Shown here piece by piece: positions 40,177 to 55,472 of a stretch of DNA of 64,000 bases. Position numbers and translations under genes: made by a program. Position 1 is the first letter of the stretch. Every line of letters begins with the position of its first letter. The notes below the pieces were generated by a model that saw only the letters and a program-made list of their open reading frames with translations, did no database searches and had not been told where the DNA came from. The stretch lies in the NCBI GenBank assembly GCA_050613775.1, contig JBODTK010000135.1, positions 62,001-126,000 on the forward strand, written 5' to 3'. The DNA is from Neocallimastix sp. 'constans' (lineage: Eukaryota).

Positions 40177-42444
40177 TTAAGAAGAGATATTTGGATTATA
40201 ATCATATGGTGGTGGATCTTCAATATCTTCTAAAGAAGGTGCAGAAGGCATTAATTCTTGGGGATTAGTATATATTGGTCTATTTGGGAAATATTGGTAC
40301 TGATAATCTGGTTGAATAGTTTGATATAGTGCTGTTGATGATGATGGTATAGATGGATTATATTCTGGATATAATGATGATGGTATTGATGACGATGGTA
40401 AAGATGGATTATGACCTGAATACAATGATGGTGGTGTTGATGATGATGGCAAAGACGGATTATGACTTGAATACAATGATGGTGGCGTTGATGATGATTG
40501 CAAAGAATAATTAGGTCTTGTACGTGGACGTAATGAGGGTTGTGCTGATGATGATGGCAAAGAAAAATTTGTTCTTGGAGGTATTGCTAAAGGTCGTTGC
40601 GGTAAAACAGTAATCTTTCTCCTTCTATTATTAGAATCTATTCCCGGAGGCGATATTATTTCTTTATTACGATTATCCTCTTCTTCCAATGGTGATGAAT
40701 TAGAATTTAATTTTGGTTCCTTATTTGAATCATTGGAAGCATCAGTATTTGATAAATTGTTTGAAGATTTAGTCTTAAATCGTGCATAAATGGTAATATC
40801 AGGTTCTATTATTTTTTTATTTATTTATTTTATTTATTTATTTATTTATAATAATAATTTTTGACATTATATATAAATATAAAACATTATTAAAATAATA
40901 ATAAAAATTATAGTTTATTATAATTTTATATAAAATATAATTTAAATGATTATACTTTATATATTATATATTATATATTATATATTATATATTATATATT
41001 ATATATTATATATTATATATTATATATTATATATTATATATTATATATTATATATTATATATTATATATTATATATTATATATTATATATTATATATTTC
41101 TTACCTTTCTTTTTCTGAGCATCCTTATTAGATTGAGAACCACTTAATTTTTTAGCTAATTTTAATTTATTTTTAACATTATCATTTCTTAAAATTGCAT
41201 TATAATATTGATCTTCGATTTCTTCATCTAATTTATATTCTTTGCCATACTTTCTAGTATTTCCTGTTATTGTGCCAATAATAATATCAAATTCAATATC
41301 TAAAACTTTCTTAGATTTTGGAAGGATAGATATATTACCATTAGCCAAATGACCTAATATGATTCCATATTTCTTATTTTCGTTTATATATTTCTGATTT
41401 TCAGAATTTTGCATATTATTATCTTCTAAATAATTTTTAATATAATATTCATTTAAACTTTTATCATTATTAAGATTATCATTATTATGAAATTTATTTT
41501 TTAAAACTAGATTTGGTGATAATGGTGGAGTAATATAAATATTGATTTCATTATCCATTTCCATAAATTCTTCATATTCATTATTAGTTGATTCATTATC
41601 AGAAAGTTCATCAGTACTACTTTTATCATCATCATCATACATTTTTTGAATAATTTTATTTGCATTTTCATCAGTAATGGTAACAATTCTTAACTTATGT
41701 TTAACTTTAATTGGATATTTTGACGATTCATTAATAGTTGCTGAAATAAATGGTACCTTTGCCTTTATTAATGGAATTTTTGTAGTATCTTCTTCTTTTT
41801 CTTCTTCTTCTTCGACTTCTTCTTCCTCCTCCTCTTTTTCTTCTTTTTCTTGATCTTTGTCTTCGTTTAATTCAACATATTTTGTAATAATTTCATTATT
41901 GTTTTTTAAATATTCTTTTTCAATGTTTACATCTTCTCCATTTAATGAATTTAATGATATTGCACTAGAAATACTTGACAGATATGAACTAGATTTAGCA
42001 GATTTCTTTTGAATTAAACAATGACCATCAATAATTGGGAAATTCAAAATAATATTTTTATTAGAATCACCTGGTTTAATTTGACATTTGTAAAAACGTT
42101 CTGATAGTAACTTAAAACTATATCTAGTAAATTTGTTAGTATTGTTTTCTTTATATGAACATTCTTCATATAATCCAACAACAAAACCAAATATATCATT
42201 TTTCGTACCTAAATGATTAATACTAATTTTAATAGGAATATTTTCAAGATGACAATATGCTTTTTGAGGTATTTTCGCGTTCATTTCAATAATTCCTTTT
42301 CTAATACATTTCATAATTTTTAATTTTTCAACTTTCTTCTTTTCTAAAGAAATAGAATATTTTGGTATATCAACTCTAATATCCTGAAGTACTCTCAATT
42401 TCATAAAACGAGTAGAATTTTTATTATGCCATGGTCTTTTTTTA

Positions 42445-42490
<46 letters not shown>

Positions 42491-43616
42491 TATATATATA
42501 TATATATATAACATAAAAAATTAATTAAAAATTAAAAAAAAAAAAATAGCAATATTAATTATAAATACATATATAATAAATAATATATAATAATATTTAA
42601 GAAAAAAATAAAAATAACATAATAATAATAAAAAAAAATAAAATAGCATTAAATAAATGTATATAAACATTTAATAAAAAAAAAATAAATTAATAAATAA
42701 ATAAATAAAAATAAAATAATAAAAAAAAAAAAAATAGACATTAAATATATGTATATAAACAATTAATAAATAAATAAATAAAAATATTAAATATATAAAT
42801 ATTTAATTATAAATATAAATATATATATATTACCTTTGAATAATAGCATATAAAAAGTACTCTATTTGAAATTTTCCATTATTATATGAACTTGGAAGAT
42901 GTACAGAAGAATCATTTGATATATGTCGTAATTTAAATGAAAATGGTAATTTTAAAGGTTCATTATTGAGACGAGTAGAAACAAATGTATTATTAATTAT
43001 ATTTTTACGACTTTCAAAATTTTCTTCTTCTGAAGATTTACTACCTTTTTTACTACCAAATAATAATGACGAAATTCTATTTGAAGAACGGTCGTTTGAT
43101 GGTAATGAATCATCATTTGTTTTAAACTTCCCCCATAAAACCATATCATAATCTACTAAAATTGTAATATTATCAATTTTAGAGCTGGTATTATTATTAT
43201 CATCATTTAAAGATCCCGAACTTGAGTCATGAGAATCACGAGAAAGCATTTTCATTGGATTTAATGCTTTCTGTAAAGCACTACCTGAATCCTCCGGATT
43301 ATTTATATATTTTAAGACATCACGATAATTGATACGACTACTTTTAGATATATAACCTATTAATTGAATTCTAATACATTTTACCATTTCTGGCTTTGCT
43401 AATTCTAACTTAATATAACCTAATATTTAATAAATTATACATATATATATATTCATATTTATTAATTCTTTATATTATATTACAAAATTACCAATTTAGC
43501 CTATTTTTTTTTTTTTAATTTTAACTTATTTTTTCATTTAATTATCACAAACTATTTTTAAATGTTATTATTGTTATTTTTAACCAAAATAAATATTCTA
43601 TTATATAATAATTACA

Positions 43617-43647
<31 letters not shown>

Positions 43648-43876
43648 TATTATAAATATAATAATTATTACTAATTTATTTTTTAATTGCAAGCCATTTT
43701 CTAGTCATTTTTAATAAAAGAAATAAAATATTAAATAATTATATTAAATTTAAAATATATTTATTTTTACCTTTGATATTTTCCCCTTCAAGTATTGCTT
43801 TATCATAACCACAATGTTCAGCTTTAGCATAGGATTCAGAATCCAAAACAATTTGAAAATTCCTTTTATTAACCAT
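40177..43876 (-). CDS. Alpha-arrestin (arrestin N/C-domain adaptor), ~883 aa; exons 43876-43771, 43419-42834, 42435-41105, 40805-40177
   Basis: Four exons splice in frame (2652 nt). Arrestin_N motifs: GENIKGYIKLELAKPEMVKCIRIQLIG, LPFSFKL..LPSSY..FQIEYFLYAIIQRPW. Arrestin_C motifs: AYCHLENIPIKISINH, IKVKHKLRI, IEFDIIIGT. The C-tail has PSAP and PPPY. Confidence 0.88.
40958..41095. repeat. (TATATTA)n heptamer repeat in arrestin intron 3
   Basis: Visible 7-bp periodic array. Confidence 0.9.
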
Positions 43877-44120
43877 GACAAAAAATGTTATCAATTACGT
43901 CTATTATTTCTTTCTTTTTTTTTATGAGTGTAAATTTTATAAATTTTATATAAGGTTATTTTTTATCAATGAGTATTCTCCTTACTCCTATTAAAAAATA
44001 GTAATTTTTAAAAATTAATATATAAAAAAAAAAAAAATTATAACAATATATATATATATTATTTAAATTTAGTTTTTCGTTTCTTTTTTAAGATTATTGT
44101 TTTTTTTAAATTTTTAATTT

Positions 44121-44208
<88 letters not shown>

Positions 44209-45249
44209 AATAAATAAATAAATAAATAGATAAATAAATAAATAGTCTTATTGTAAAACTTTTTTTATAATTTTAGAATATACTGTTTTTTATTTTTTTA
44301 ATTAATTTTTTTTTTTTAATTAAAATATTTTTAAATATTTAAATTTCTTTTTTAATCAATAGATTTCACTGTTTTTTTTTTGTTTTTTTTTAATAATTAA
44401 TATTTATATTTGGATGAATAGGATTTAATTTTGTAATTTAATATAATTAAAGTTTTTTAAGGAATTCTCGATAATTCGAAAATATATATATATATACTTT
44501 TTCCAGAACCTATTAAAATATTTAATTTTTTTATACCAATAATTATGATATGCTGTATATTACACATATTAAAATTTATTAAAATTTAATAATAGTAAAA
44601 AATAGTATTTATAATTAAAGTAGTAATAATAGCAGTAATACTAATAATAATCATAGTAATAATATTAGTAGTAATATTAGTTATAATAATAGTAATTGTG
44701 GTAATAATAATAGTAATATTAGTAATAGTAATGGTAATGGTAATGATAACAGTAGTAGTAATAGTAATAAAAATAATAATAATTATAGTAATAATGATAG
44801 TAGTTAATGATAATGATAATTATCAAATATTATTAATATTTTTGAAAAAATTTAATAGTATTATAGTAATAAAGATATTAATAAAAGCATTATACATAAT
44901 ATAAATAAACTATAACTACTATATATATTCAATATGTTAAATATATCTAAATTTTACTAACAAATATTTAAAGATATTAATGGAGATAATATATGATAAC
45001 TAAAAATATTTATATTGTTACATATACATATAAAAATAAAAATAATAATAATAATATTTAATAATCTACAAAAATATGTTTAAAATATATGTTCATTCAT
45101 TAATTCATTTTTTATTTTTGCACTATATTACTTAACCAATGTTTTTTTTATATATTTATGACTTATTACTATAAAATATATAATATTAAAAAAAGGTATT
45201 TGTATTTTGAAGAAAAAAAAAGAAAAAAGTATTATAGATAATGCAAAAA

Positions 45250-47200
45250 TATCAACAGCTTATTAATTTAATATATTTTCTGAATTATTAATTAGGTTCT
45301 TTTTGATTAATATTAAAGGAGTTAATACATAATAATTTGAATACATATATATTATTTAATATCTAGAATCATTATTGTTAAGGGTCAGGAATTTATGGTT
45401 TATAATTATGTCAATTTTATTAATATATTTTATTATAAAGAGTTACTAGCACTAAATTATTCTAAATTAAATTTATTTTTATTAATATATTATGGCTTAT
45501 ACATTATTTATATTACAATAAGTTTCAATACTATGAAACTTATTTTTCATATATTTCACATATTTTAACATTCCCCCTTAAACCTAGTTATTCTATAATG
45601 AATAAATTGGTTTACTGGTGAATATGTATATGTAAAATTATCCTATTTTATAATATTAGCTTGATATTATTAAACTATTATTTATTTCTATTCTAAATTA
45701 ACCTTTAATTTTACATGAACAAAGTAACTTTGCATTAAATTAATTATTTAATTCAATTTAAATATTATTAAAATAATTTCTTAAATATATTTATAATCTA
45801 ATAATTTCCCCTTAAAATTAAGTATTTTTATATTATTACACCATTAATATTATATGTATCTAAAACATCTCATATAATATATGGTTTATATATTACCATT
45901 TATATGATGGAAACTTTTCTCTTGAAGGGTGATATAATATCATCTCAATTTGTGTAAATATTTCTTATATATTGAGTTTTGCATCACTTACAATTATAAT
46001 CCGCTTTGAAGTTAAGAAGTAACTTTTATATAATTTCTCTTTGTAGTTTTAGCGATAACTATTAAAATAAATTGTTAATTATATATCGGTGTACTTGATA
46101 AATTATAATCTTGGAGTATTAAAATTGATTGCATTTATAATTAATTATATTTATCTAATCATTTATACTTATTAGTAAATAATATAAATTGTTTCATAAT
46201 TGATGAAAATTCAATATTTCAGTTAATTATTTTTTTTTTTTTTTTGGAAACTAACTTTTGTTAATTTTCACTATTAGGTTATTTTATTCATTTCCAAGAT
46301 AAATATTATTTTTAAATAATCAGCACATAAAAAACAGTAAAACAACTTTCCTTTAATATTTTAAGTTTATATTTTATTTTGTCTATTTTCCAAATTTCTA
46401 AAAAGATTTTATATATTTGAATTCTCTCATCATTAAAATATTAATGATAGAAGTTTAATGATCATAACTTTAAAATGTTTTTCAATCAATAGGTATGATT
46501 TGTAGATGGATAAGTATCATCCATTCGTATATAACTCATAATTATATTTTTATTTTATTATACCTCTCATCAGGAAGGTTTGCATTATAATTATATTGAA
46601 TTAGTTTTTATCTAAACTCATTTTACGCTAGGTTTAATAATACTATTATTGTTAGAATGTGCCCATTTCACGCTAGGAATTACCATTCTATTATTTTTCC
46701 CTTGAATATTCGGGATATTATATTTTAAATTATTTTGTATGGGATCTCTGAAATATAGTATTCTCCATTATTGTAGTTTATATTTATATATATGGGATTG
46801 ATATGCAAAAATACGAGCTAACATAACTATACTTTAAATAATGTGTTTTGTTGTTTAAAAAGAATCATTATCTAATATGTGATTATTTAAATCTTTCGTA
46901 ATATATATTTATTAAATTGTGTTTTATATATTCATGGAGTGGAAATAGTTTATCACATAGTAGATTCCTTCATGTATAGATATATTTCATTACTAATAGC
47001 TAAGAGTTTATATGTTAAAATATCAAATTTTAATTTCGTTTAAGAGTCTCTAGTATGAAGATATATAATTTTATTTTATATACGTTTAAACATGTTTTTC
47101 CCTATTAAATTAATATTTTAAGATTTTTGGAGTTTTATTTAATTTGCAGTAACCTTGTCATAATAAAAGTTTTAGAAGAAAATTTTCATATAATAAAGTA
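45250..47200 (-). mobile_element. Highly degenerate LTR-retrotransposon (Ty3/Gypsy-like) pol relic
   Basis: About 2 kb that is GC-richer and microsatellite-poor, with broken minus-strand fragments in RT-RNaseH-IN order: YEWMIL (~46520), QSILILQDYN..YTD (~46100), ERNY (~46035), an IN-like YSP segment (~45620). No LTRs recognised. Confidence 0.45.
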
Positions 47201-47654
47201 TTTTAAATATTTACTATTTTTTTTTCCTATTTTATTGCATTATACACTTTAATCATTAATTTCAACTTTTACAGTAACTATAATATTCATTTAATTTTTC
47301 AGATTTCTTTAATATCATTAAAGTTCATAATAATAGAATCCAGTGCGTTTATTAATTATTTACAGAGGCATGACACTTTTAAATATAATAAGATTTTATC
47401 CACAAAGTAAACAATTATATATAAATATTATTTGATTATTAAATATGTTGCTTAATACTTATTTATAATAATAAATAGATTTTATTCCAATAGTTTTATT
47501 CAAAACTTATTTCGCTATAACTTTTGGAAATTATAATAATTTATCCTTATTTAAAAACTTTAATGAGAAAAAAAAGATGAAAAAATATATATAATATTAA
47601 TATTTAATAGTGTTCATATTATTAATTACAGTATTATCTTTAATTTTAAATAAT

Positions 47655-49075
<1,421 letters not shown>

Positions 49076-49552
49076 TAAGTTATATATTATTGCTATAATA
49101 CCTATTTTTTTGTATATTATTAATTAAAATATATATATATACTATAAATAATTAAACAAAAATTTATATTAATACAGATATCTAAATTCATATACTTTAA
49201 TTTTTTAAGCCAAAAATAAAAATAAAAATAATTAAACACTATTAGAAACTAAATATAAATTATATTTAATAAAAAAAAAAACAATTTTTTAAGCCAAAAA
49301 TAAAAATAAAAATAATTAATCACTATTAGAAACTAAATATAAATTGTATTTAATAAAAAAAAAACAAATTGTATATAATCTATTAAATATATAATTTATT
49401 AAAAAATAATAGTTATAAAGATTTATGTTCTTAAACTTCGATAATTTTATTTATTAAAGTATATAACTTTTTTTTTTTTTTTTTTTTTTTTTTGAAAATA
49501 TATCTTTATATCTTTTATATATATTTTATATATAACTTTTGTTCATAATAAT

Positions 49553-49892
49553 AGAATCTAGTGCGTTTTGAAATGATGCATTTCGCAATATGGCATATTT
49601 TTGTATGTGGCTTGTTTTTTTAATAAATAATAAATATTCTTTTTTTTATATATATAATTTATTATTCAATTATAAATTTTTTATAATTCTTTTTTAATAG
49701 AATATATTATTATTTCTTTTGAAATAGTTATTTAATAATATATTTAATTAAAAAAATATATTAATTTAAAAATAATAATTATTTATATATTTATTTATGA
49801 TTGTATAGAATATCTTAAAAATGTATGGCTTTATTTAAAAAATTTTATACGCCATATTGTGAAATGCACGATTGCGAAATGCACACGATCCT
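49553..49892. mobile_element. Mutator-type (MULE) MITE, 340 bp, with imperfect ~45-bp TIRs and a 9-bp TSD
   Basis: The left end AGAATCTAGTGCGTTTTGAAATGATGCATTTCGCAATATGGCATA aligns with the reverse complement of the right end AGGATCGTGTGCATTTCGCAATCGTGCATTTCACAATATGGCGTA (about 35/45 identical). Direct repeat CATAATAAT flanks it at 49544-49552 and 49893-49901. Confidence 0.8.
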
Positions 49893-50065
49893 CATAATAA
49901 TAATTGTTTTTGGAATCAACAAGAAATATTAATACAATAACCCTTAATTAAAAAAAAGGTTCTTTTTTTTATAATAAATAAAATTTTTTAAAAAATTACA
50001 TTTGATGGAATTCCCACTTTAAGAACATTTAATGAATCGATAAATATTCTACTAATTAAATATTG

Positions 50066-50359
50066 AAATGTGTTGCATTTAGGAACGTAACTTATAAATA
50101 AAATTTTATTTTGTAATTTGACTCACCACATTTTTATTTTTATCTTTTATTTTAAAATAATTGTAAATAAATAAATAAAACTAGAACTAAATATGAATGG
50201 TTTAATTTTTTTTTTTTTAAATTCAAAAAACTAAAACTATTTCTCATAAACAGATTACTTATAATTTTAACATAAAATATTTCTTTATTTTTAGTTTAAG
50301 CCACCTTTTATTTACTTACGCTATTTTTATAAAGCCACGTTTTGAAATGCAACACTCCC
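50066..50359. mobile_element. Second, more degenerate MITE-like element with related TIRs
   Basis: GTGTTGCATTTAGGAACGTAACTTAT versus the reverse complement of the right end GGGAGTGTTGCATTTCAAAACGTGGCTTTAT. No clear TSD. Confidence 0.55.
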
Positions 50360-50826
50360 TTAACCTTCAGTTTGGAATTATTAATAATAAAACTATATTA
50401 ATAATTATTTACTAACATTGTGAAAATGAAATAATAAAAGGTGAAATCTTAATATAACAATTTATTATTATTATTATTATTATTATTATAATAATAATAA
50501 TATTAATACTAAATAGAAATTTTTAGAATAAAATTTTTATTCTATAAATTTTTTTAGTAATTCTATTTATTGCTGTTATTAAAAAAATAAAAAAAAAAAA
50601 AAAAAAAAAAATTAAAGGAAAAAAATGAATTTAAAAATGAAAATAATTATCATTAATAATTTGTCATATGTTGATATTATAGCATTTTTAGGAGTATGAA
50701 AAAAAGTAATTATTCAATAATTTTATATTTTAAATATAAAATATTTCTTAAATTTTTTTATATGTAAAATGGTTATGAATATATATAAAAGAAAAAAATA
50801 AAATAAAATTTTTTATATTTTATATT

Positions 50827-50988
50827 AATAAAATCACCAAATATATATTATTACCCTATATATAAATTATATATATAGGGTAATAATTTTAAAGTATTAT
50901 TTAGATTTATAAAACTTTATTAAATTATTCATGTGATATTCATTAAACATAATTTGAAGCCTTTAAATATGTTAAAATATTTGGTGAT

Positions 50989-50994
<6 letters not shown>
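50827..50994. repeat. Nested inverted repeats (outer 18 bp perfect, inner 18 bp perfect hairpin)
   Basis: AATAAAATCACCAAATAT (50827-50844) pairs with ATATTTGGTGATTTTATT (50977-50994). ATTATTACCCTATATATA (50847-50864) pairs with TATATATAGGGTAATAAT (50870-50887). Confidence 0.75.
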
Positions 50995-51079
<85 letters not shown>

Positions 51080-51282
51080 TATATTAATATATCACTAATA
51101 ATAAATAAATAATTTTTTTTTTAAAAAAAAAAAAAAATTAATAAAAAAAAATATGAAGTATATATATATATATATTTTTATTTTAATATAAAAATATGTA
51201 AAATCTTTTTTTTTTTTTTTAAAATGTTTTTATAAGATAGTTTTAATATTGCGGCAAATATTAATTATAAAAAAATTATGAA

Positions 51283-51320
<38 letters not shown>

Positions 51321-53775
51321 TAAAAAAAGTTAATAATCGAATCATTAAATCGGTCTGTATTTAAGCAAAGAAAAAAAAATGTGTAAATGAAAAATTATTA
51401 ATCTATGAAGGTTTTATTACATTTTTATATGAAATTTATTTATTACATTTATACAATATTTAAAAAAAAATATTGTTCTTAGCAGAAGATAATATTGTTT
51501 TATTTTTCTTTTTGTAATAAATGTAATTAATTAATAAATAAAATTTTATAAAATATATTTTTCTATCATTAAATTTATTATTATTTTAAGATTTTTAATA
51601 CTTCAAAATTATATTAAACTAATAATATGATATATAAATAATTAAATTTAAATATATATATATAATATATATAATATATAAAAAAGTTATCTTTTTTATT
51701 TTTTTTTTTTTTTAAATTAGTTAAAACTTATGATTTAATTAAGATAAAGAATTTCAAAGTACTTAATTAAGGTTAAAATATCACTGGTTTTAAATATCAA
51801 AGTAAATAATTATAATAAAAAAAAATAATTTATCTAATAATATTGATTTAGGAGGTATAAATTTAAATTATTTCATTAATAATATTTTTAAGAAATAAAG
51901 TATATTTTTATAAAGCAGCTGATATAATTAGTGTATAATTACTTTTATTTTTCTTTTTTATATATTATTTAATTATATCATATCATATTACATTATTTTA
52001 TTTTATTACTATTATATTTTATGTTTCATTTTTACAGGCTAAAAATATATATATATAAAAATATGTAGACAATATTTAATAAATCCATTCTTAATATATT
52101 TTTATTCAAAAGCATAATAACCTATATAAAATTTTAAATTTGAAATTTCTAATAAAGACTTTTAAAATTTTAATGATTTTTAAAATTTATACTTTTATGT
52201 AGTTGTTAAGTTTACAGCAAAAATAAAAAAAAAAAATAACAAGAATAATAAATAATAAGTTTACTGCAAAAAATAAAAAAATAAATAAATTGTTAAAATA
52301 TAATAAGTAATATATGCATATTATTTGTTTTAAAATTTTAAAACATAATATTTTGTATTTTTTATTTTTTTTTTTTTTTAAATTAATAAAACTATATTAA
52401 ATATATTATATTAAAGTTTAAAACTATAATTTTTTTAATGAAATAAAAAATGTAAAATTAAATATGAAATTGGTATTTTTTTTTTATTTTTTTTTTTATT
52501 ATTAATAAAAATCACCAATTTTTTTTTTAAAAAAAAAATCTATTAATCTTATCAAATTTTACTATGATATATTTTATCAATGAATAATGAAGAAATTATG
52601 TATAAACTTTTTTTTTTATTATTAATGATGTAATACATAAAATACATTTATTATTATTATTATTACTTTTTGTATATAGTATATATTTTAAATATTATTT
52701 TTAGTAAATTATAATCAACATACAATGAGGTTATTTTCATGTACAATAGTAATGCAATAAAAGAATAAAGATTATTTTTTATTTTTATTTTTTTTTTTAA
52801 TTATAATAATAATAATAATAATAATAAAAACTCAGCTGCTATAAAAATATTAAATAAATATTTTCTTATACTGAACAATAAGAAGTATCAATTTTTTTTT
52901 ATGATTCATAAAATTTTTATATTTAATAATATATAAAAAATATTATTATCTTTAAAATATATGAGTAAAAAAATGATTTACCTTAAAACATAACCAAAAA
53001 TATTATTATTAACATAACCACAAAATTGTCGAAATTAATAAAAAAAAATTAAATTTTGATAGACTTTAATATTATATAATATATTCTTAACCTTTAAATA
53101 TCTGTTTTTATTAAAATAATTTCAGAGTTTAATTATAAAATCAAATGCTTCTTTTCCACATGAACAAATAGATATAAAATTTAATTATATATAAATAAAT
53201 AATTATAATTAAATAATTAATAATAAAAATAAATAAATAAAAAATAATAATAAATAAATAAATAATAAAATAAATAATAAATAAATGTATAAGCAATTAT
53301 TTTGATAATTTAATTTAAAAATATTAAAAAAAAAAACAATTTATATAATTTATATCAATAATTTATTTTTAATTATTCCTTAAATAGTAAAAATTAAAAT
53401 AGAATAAAAAAAAGATTTATGATAAAAAAATAATTATGCTTAATAAAAAATGTCATTAATGATATTATTATATTTTGATTATTTAATAATTGGTAGTAAA
53501 AATATTAAAATAACTAAAATTATTTATTTCGTGATTGAAATATTATAAATGTTATTTAAAATATATATATTTACATATTAAATGATATAAATATTATGGT
53601 TGCCATTGTATTTGTTAGGTAAATTACATCAATTTTTTATGAATGTAATTAATGGATAGTTTTAAATGAGAAAAGTAATATATATTAAATCAACAATTGA
53701 ATGATATATATAATTAATAACTATGATTAATGTATATTATAAGGGTTAAATTATTGGATTATTATCAATAATAAA

Positions 53776-53816
<41 letters not shown>

Positions 53817-53986
53817 TATTGTTAATATACATATAATTATTTTTTTTTTATTATATTTACTGCTAGTATTAATTTAAAACTATCATAATTTTGTCTCATA
53901 AAATGAATATTTTTATTTTTTCTTTGATTAGCTATATTGAAAAACTAAAATTGTATCATGATTAAAAATTATTTTGTATTTTGTAA

Positions 53987-54046
<60 letters not shown>

Positions 54047-54234
54047 AATAAATAAATAAACAGTGATTAAATATTTATAAAAATTTAATAGAAAGATTAT
54101 ATTCAACTAATTAAATTATATACTCGACTAATTAAATTTATATATAAATAGTGAAATTAAAAAAGAGAACAAAAAATTTTTTTATTTCACCTAAAATAAA
54201 AAGAAATATCATAGTACTTGATTAAGATTAATTA

Positions 54235-54311
54235 AATCACTAATAATATATCATATTATTAGTGATTAACGTAAATTATGTTTCCATTTACATTAATGGA
54301 AATATAATTTA
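54235..54311. repeat. Two adjacent hairpins (15-bp and 17-bp stems)
   Basis: AATCACTAATAATAT-atc-ATATTATTAGTGATT, then TAAATTATGTTTCCATT-tacatt-AATGGAAATATAATTTA (one G:T pair). Confidence 0.75.
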
Positions 54312-55416
54312 TATTATCATAAATAAAATCAACAATTTACTATGCCTATTATCTGAAGTTTACGACTAAAACATATTTTCAGTTTTTAATAATAAAGCAC
54401 ACATTTTATTATTTATTTCATATAAAAATGCCCATATTAAAAAAAAAAAAACTAGTATAATTATTAAAAATTCATATTATTTTTGTTCAAAAAAAAATTC
54501 TTTTGAATGGACACAAATTTAATATAAATTTTATGAAATATGAATTATAATAATAAAAATAATTTATATTTTAATAAATATTTTTATAATTTATATATTA
54601 AGTATATTTCATTGTCAATATCAAAGTATCAAACTTTTTTTTTATTATTATTATCTTGAAGTGATTACTTTAAAATAATATCACTTTTAACAAAAAAAAA
54701 AAAAAAAAAAATTTGGACAATAAATTAAAATTTTAAATAATTTAAATAAAATATAATAATAAATTTAAAACTTTAGGATTTAAATTTTGAAACTTAAAGT
54801 TTAGTTGTATTCTGTACAAGGATTATAAAAATAAAAATAAAAATAAAAATAAAAATAAAAAAAAAAAAAAAAGAACGAAAGAGTTTAAAACAATAGTATA
54901 GTTTTAAATAATTAGGTAACCTATACAATTCAAATGTATCTAAAAAAAAAAAAAAATGAATCCTACTATATCTAATTTTTGTATATTTTTAAAATTTTAA
55001 TTTGATTTTGAAACTTTTTATACTTTAAATAAAATAAAAATAAAAATAAACTTTAAATTATATTATTTAACTAAATCAATTTCTTTTTTCTTTTTTCTTT
55101 TTTTTTTTTTTTTTTGTTTTTTTTTGTTTTTCCTTTTAATAATAATAAAAAGAATTTAATAATAATAGGTTAAATATATACTTTTATTTTTTGTTTAATT
55201 AAAAATTTTAATAAATTAAATTAATGTTTATATAGATACTATTAACTACTTTTCACTATTTTTGTATTTTATTATTTTTTTTTTTTATTTAATGGAATGG
55301 ATAATTATATTTATTTAAATAATAGAAAATTTTTTTTATAAATTATTATTATAAATTAAGTATATTTTCCATAATTTCAATATTGATATATTGATATACA
55401 ATGTATTATTTTTTAC

Positions 55417-55472
<56 letters not shown>

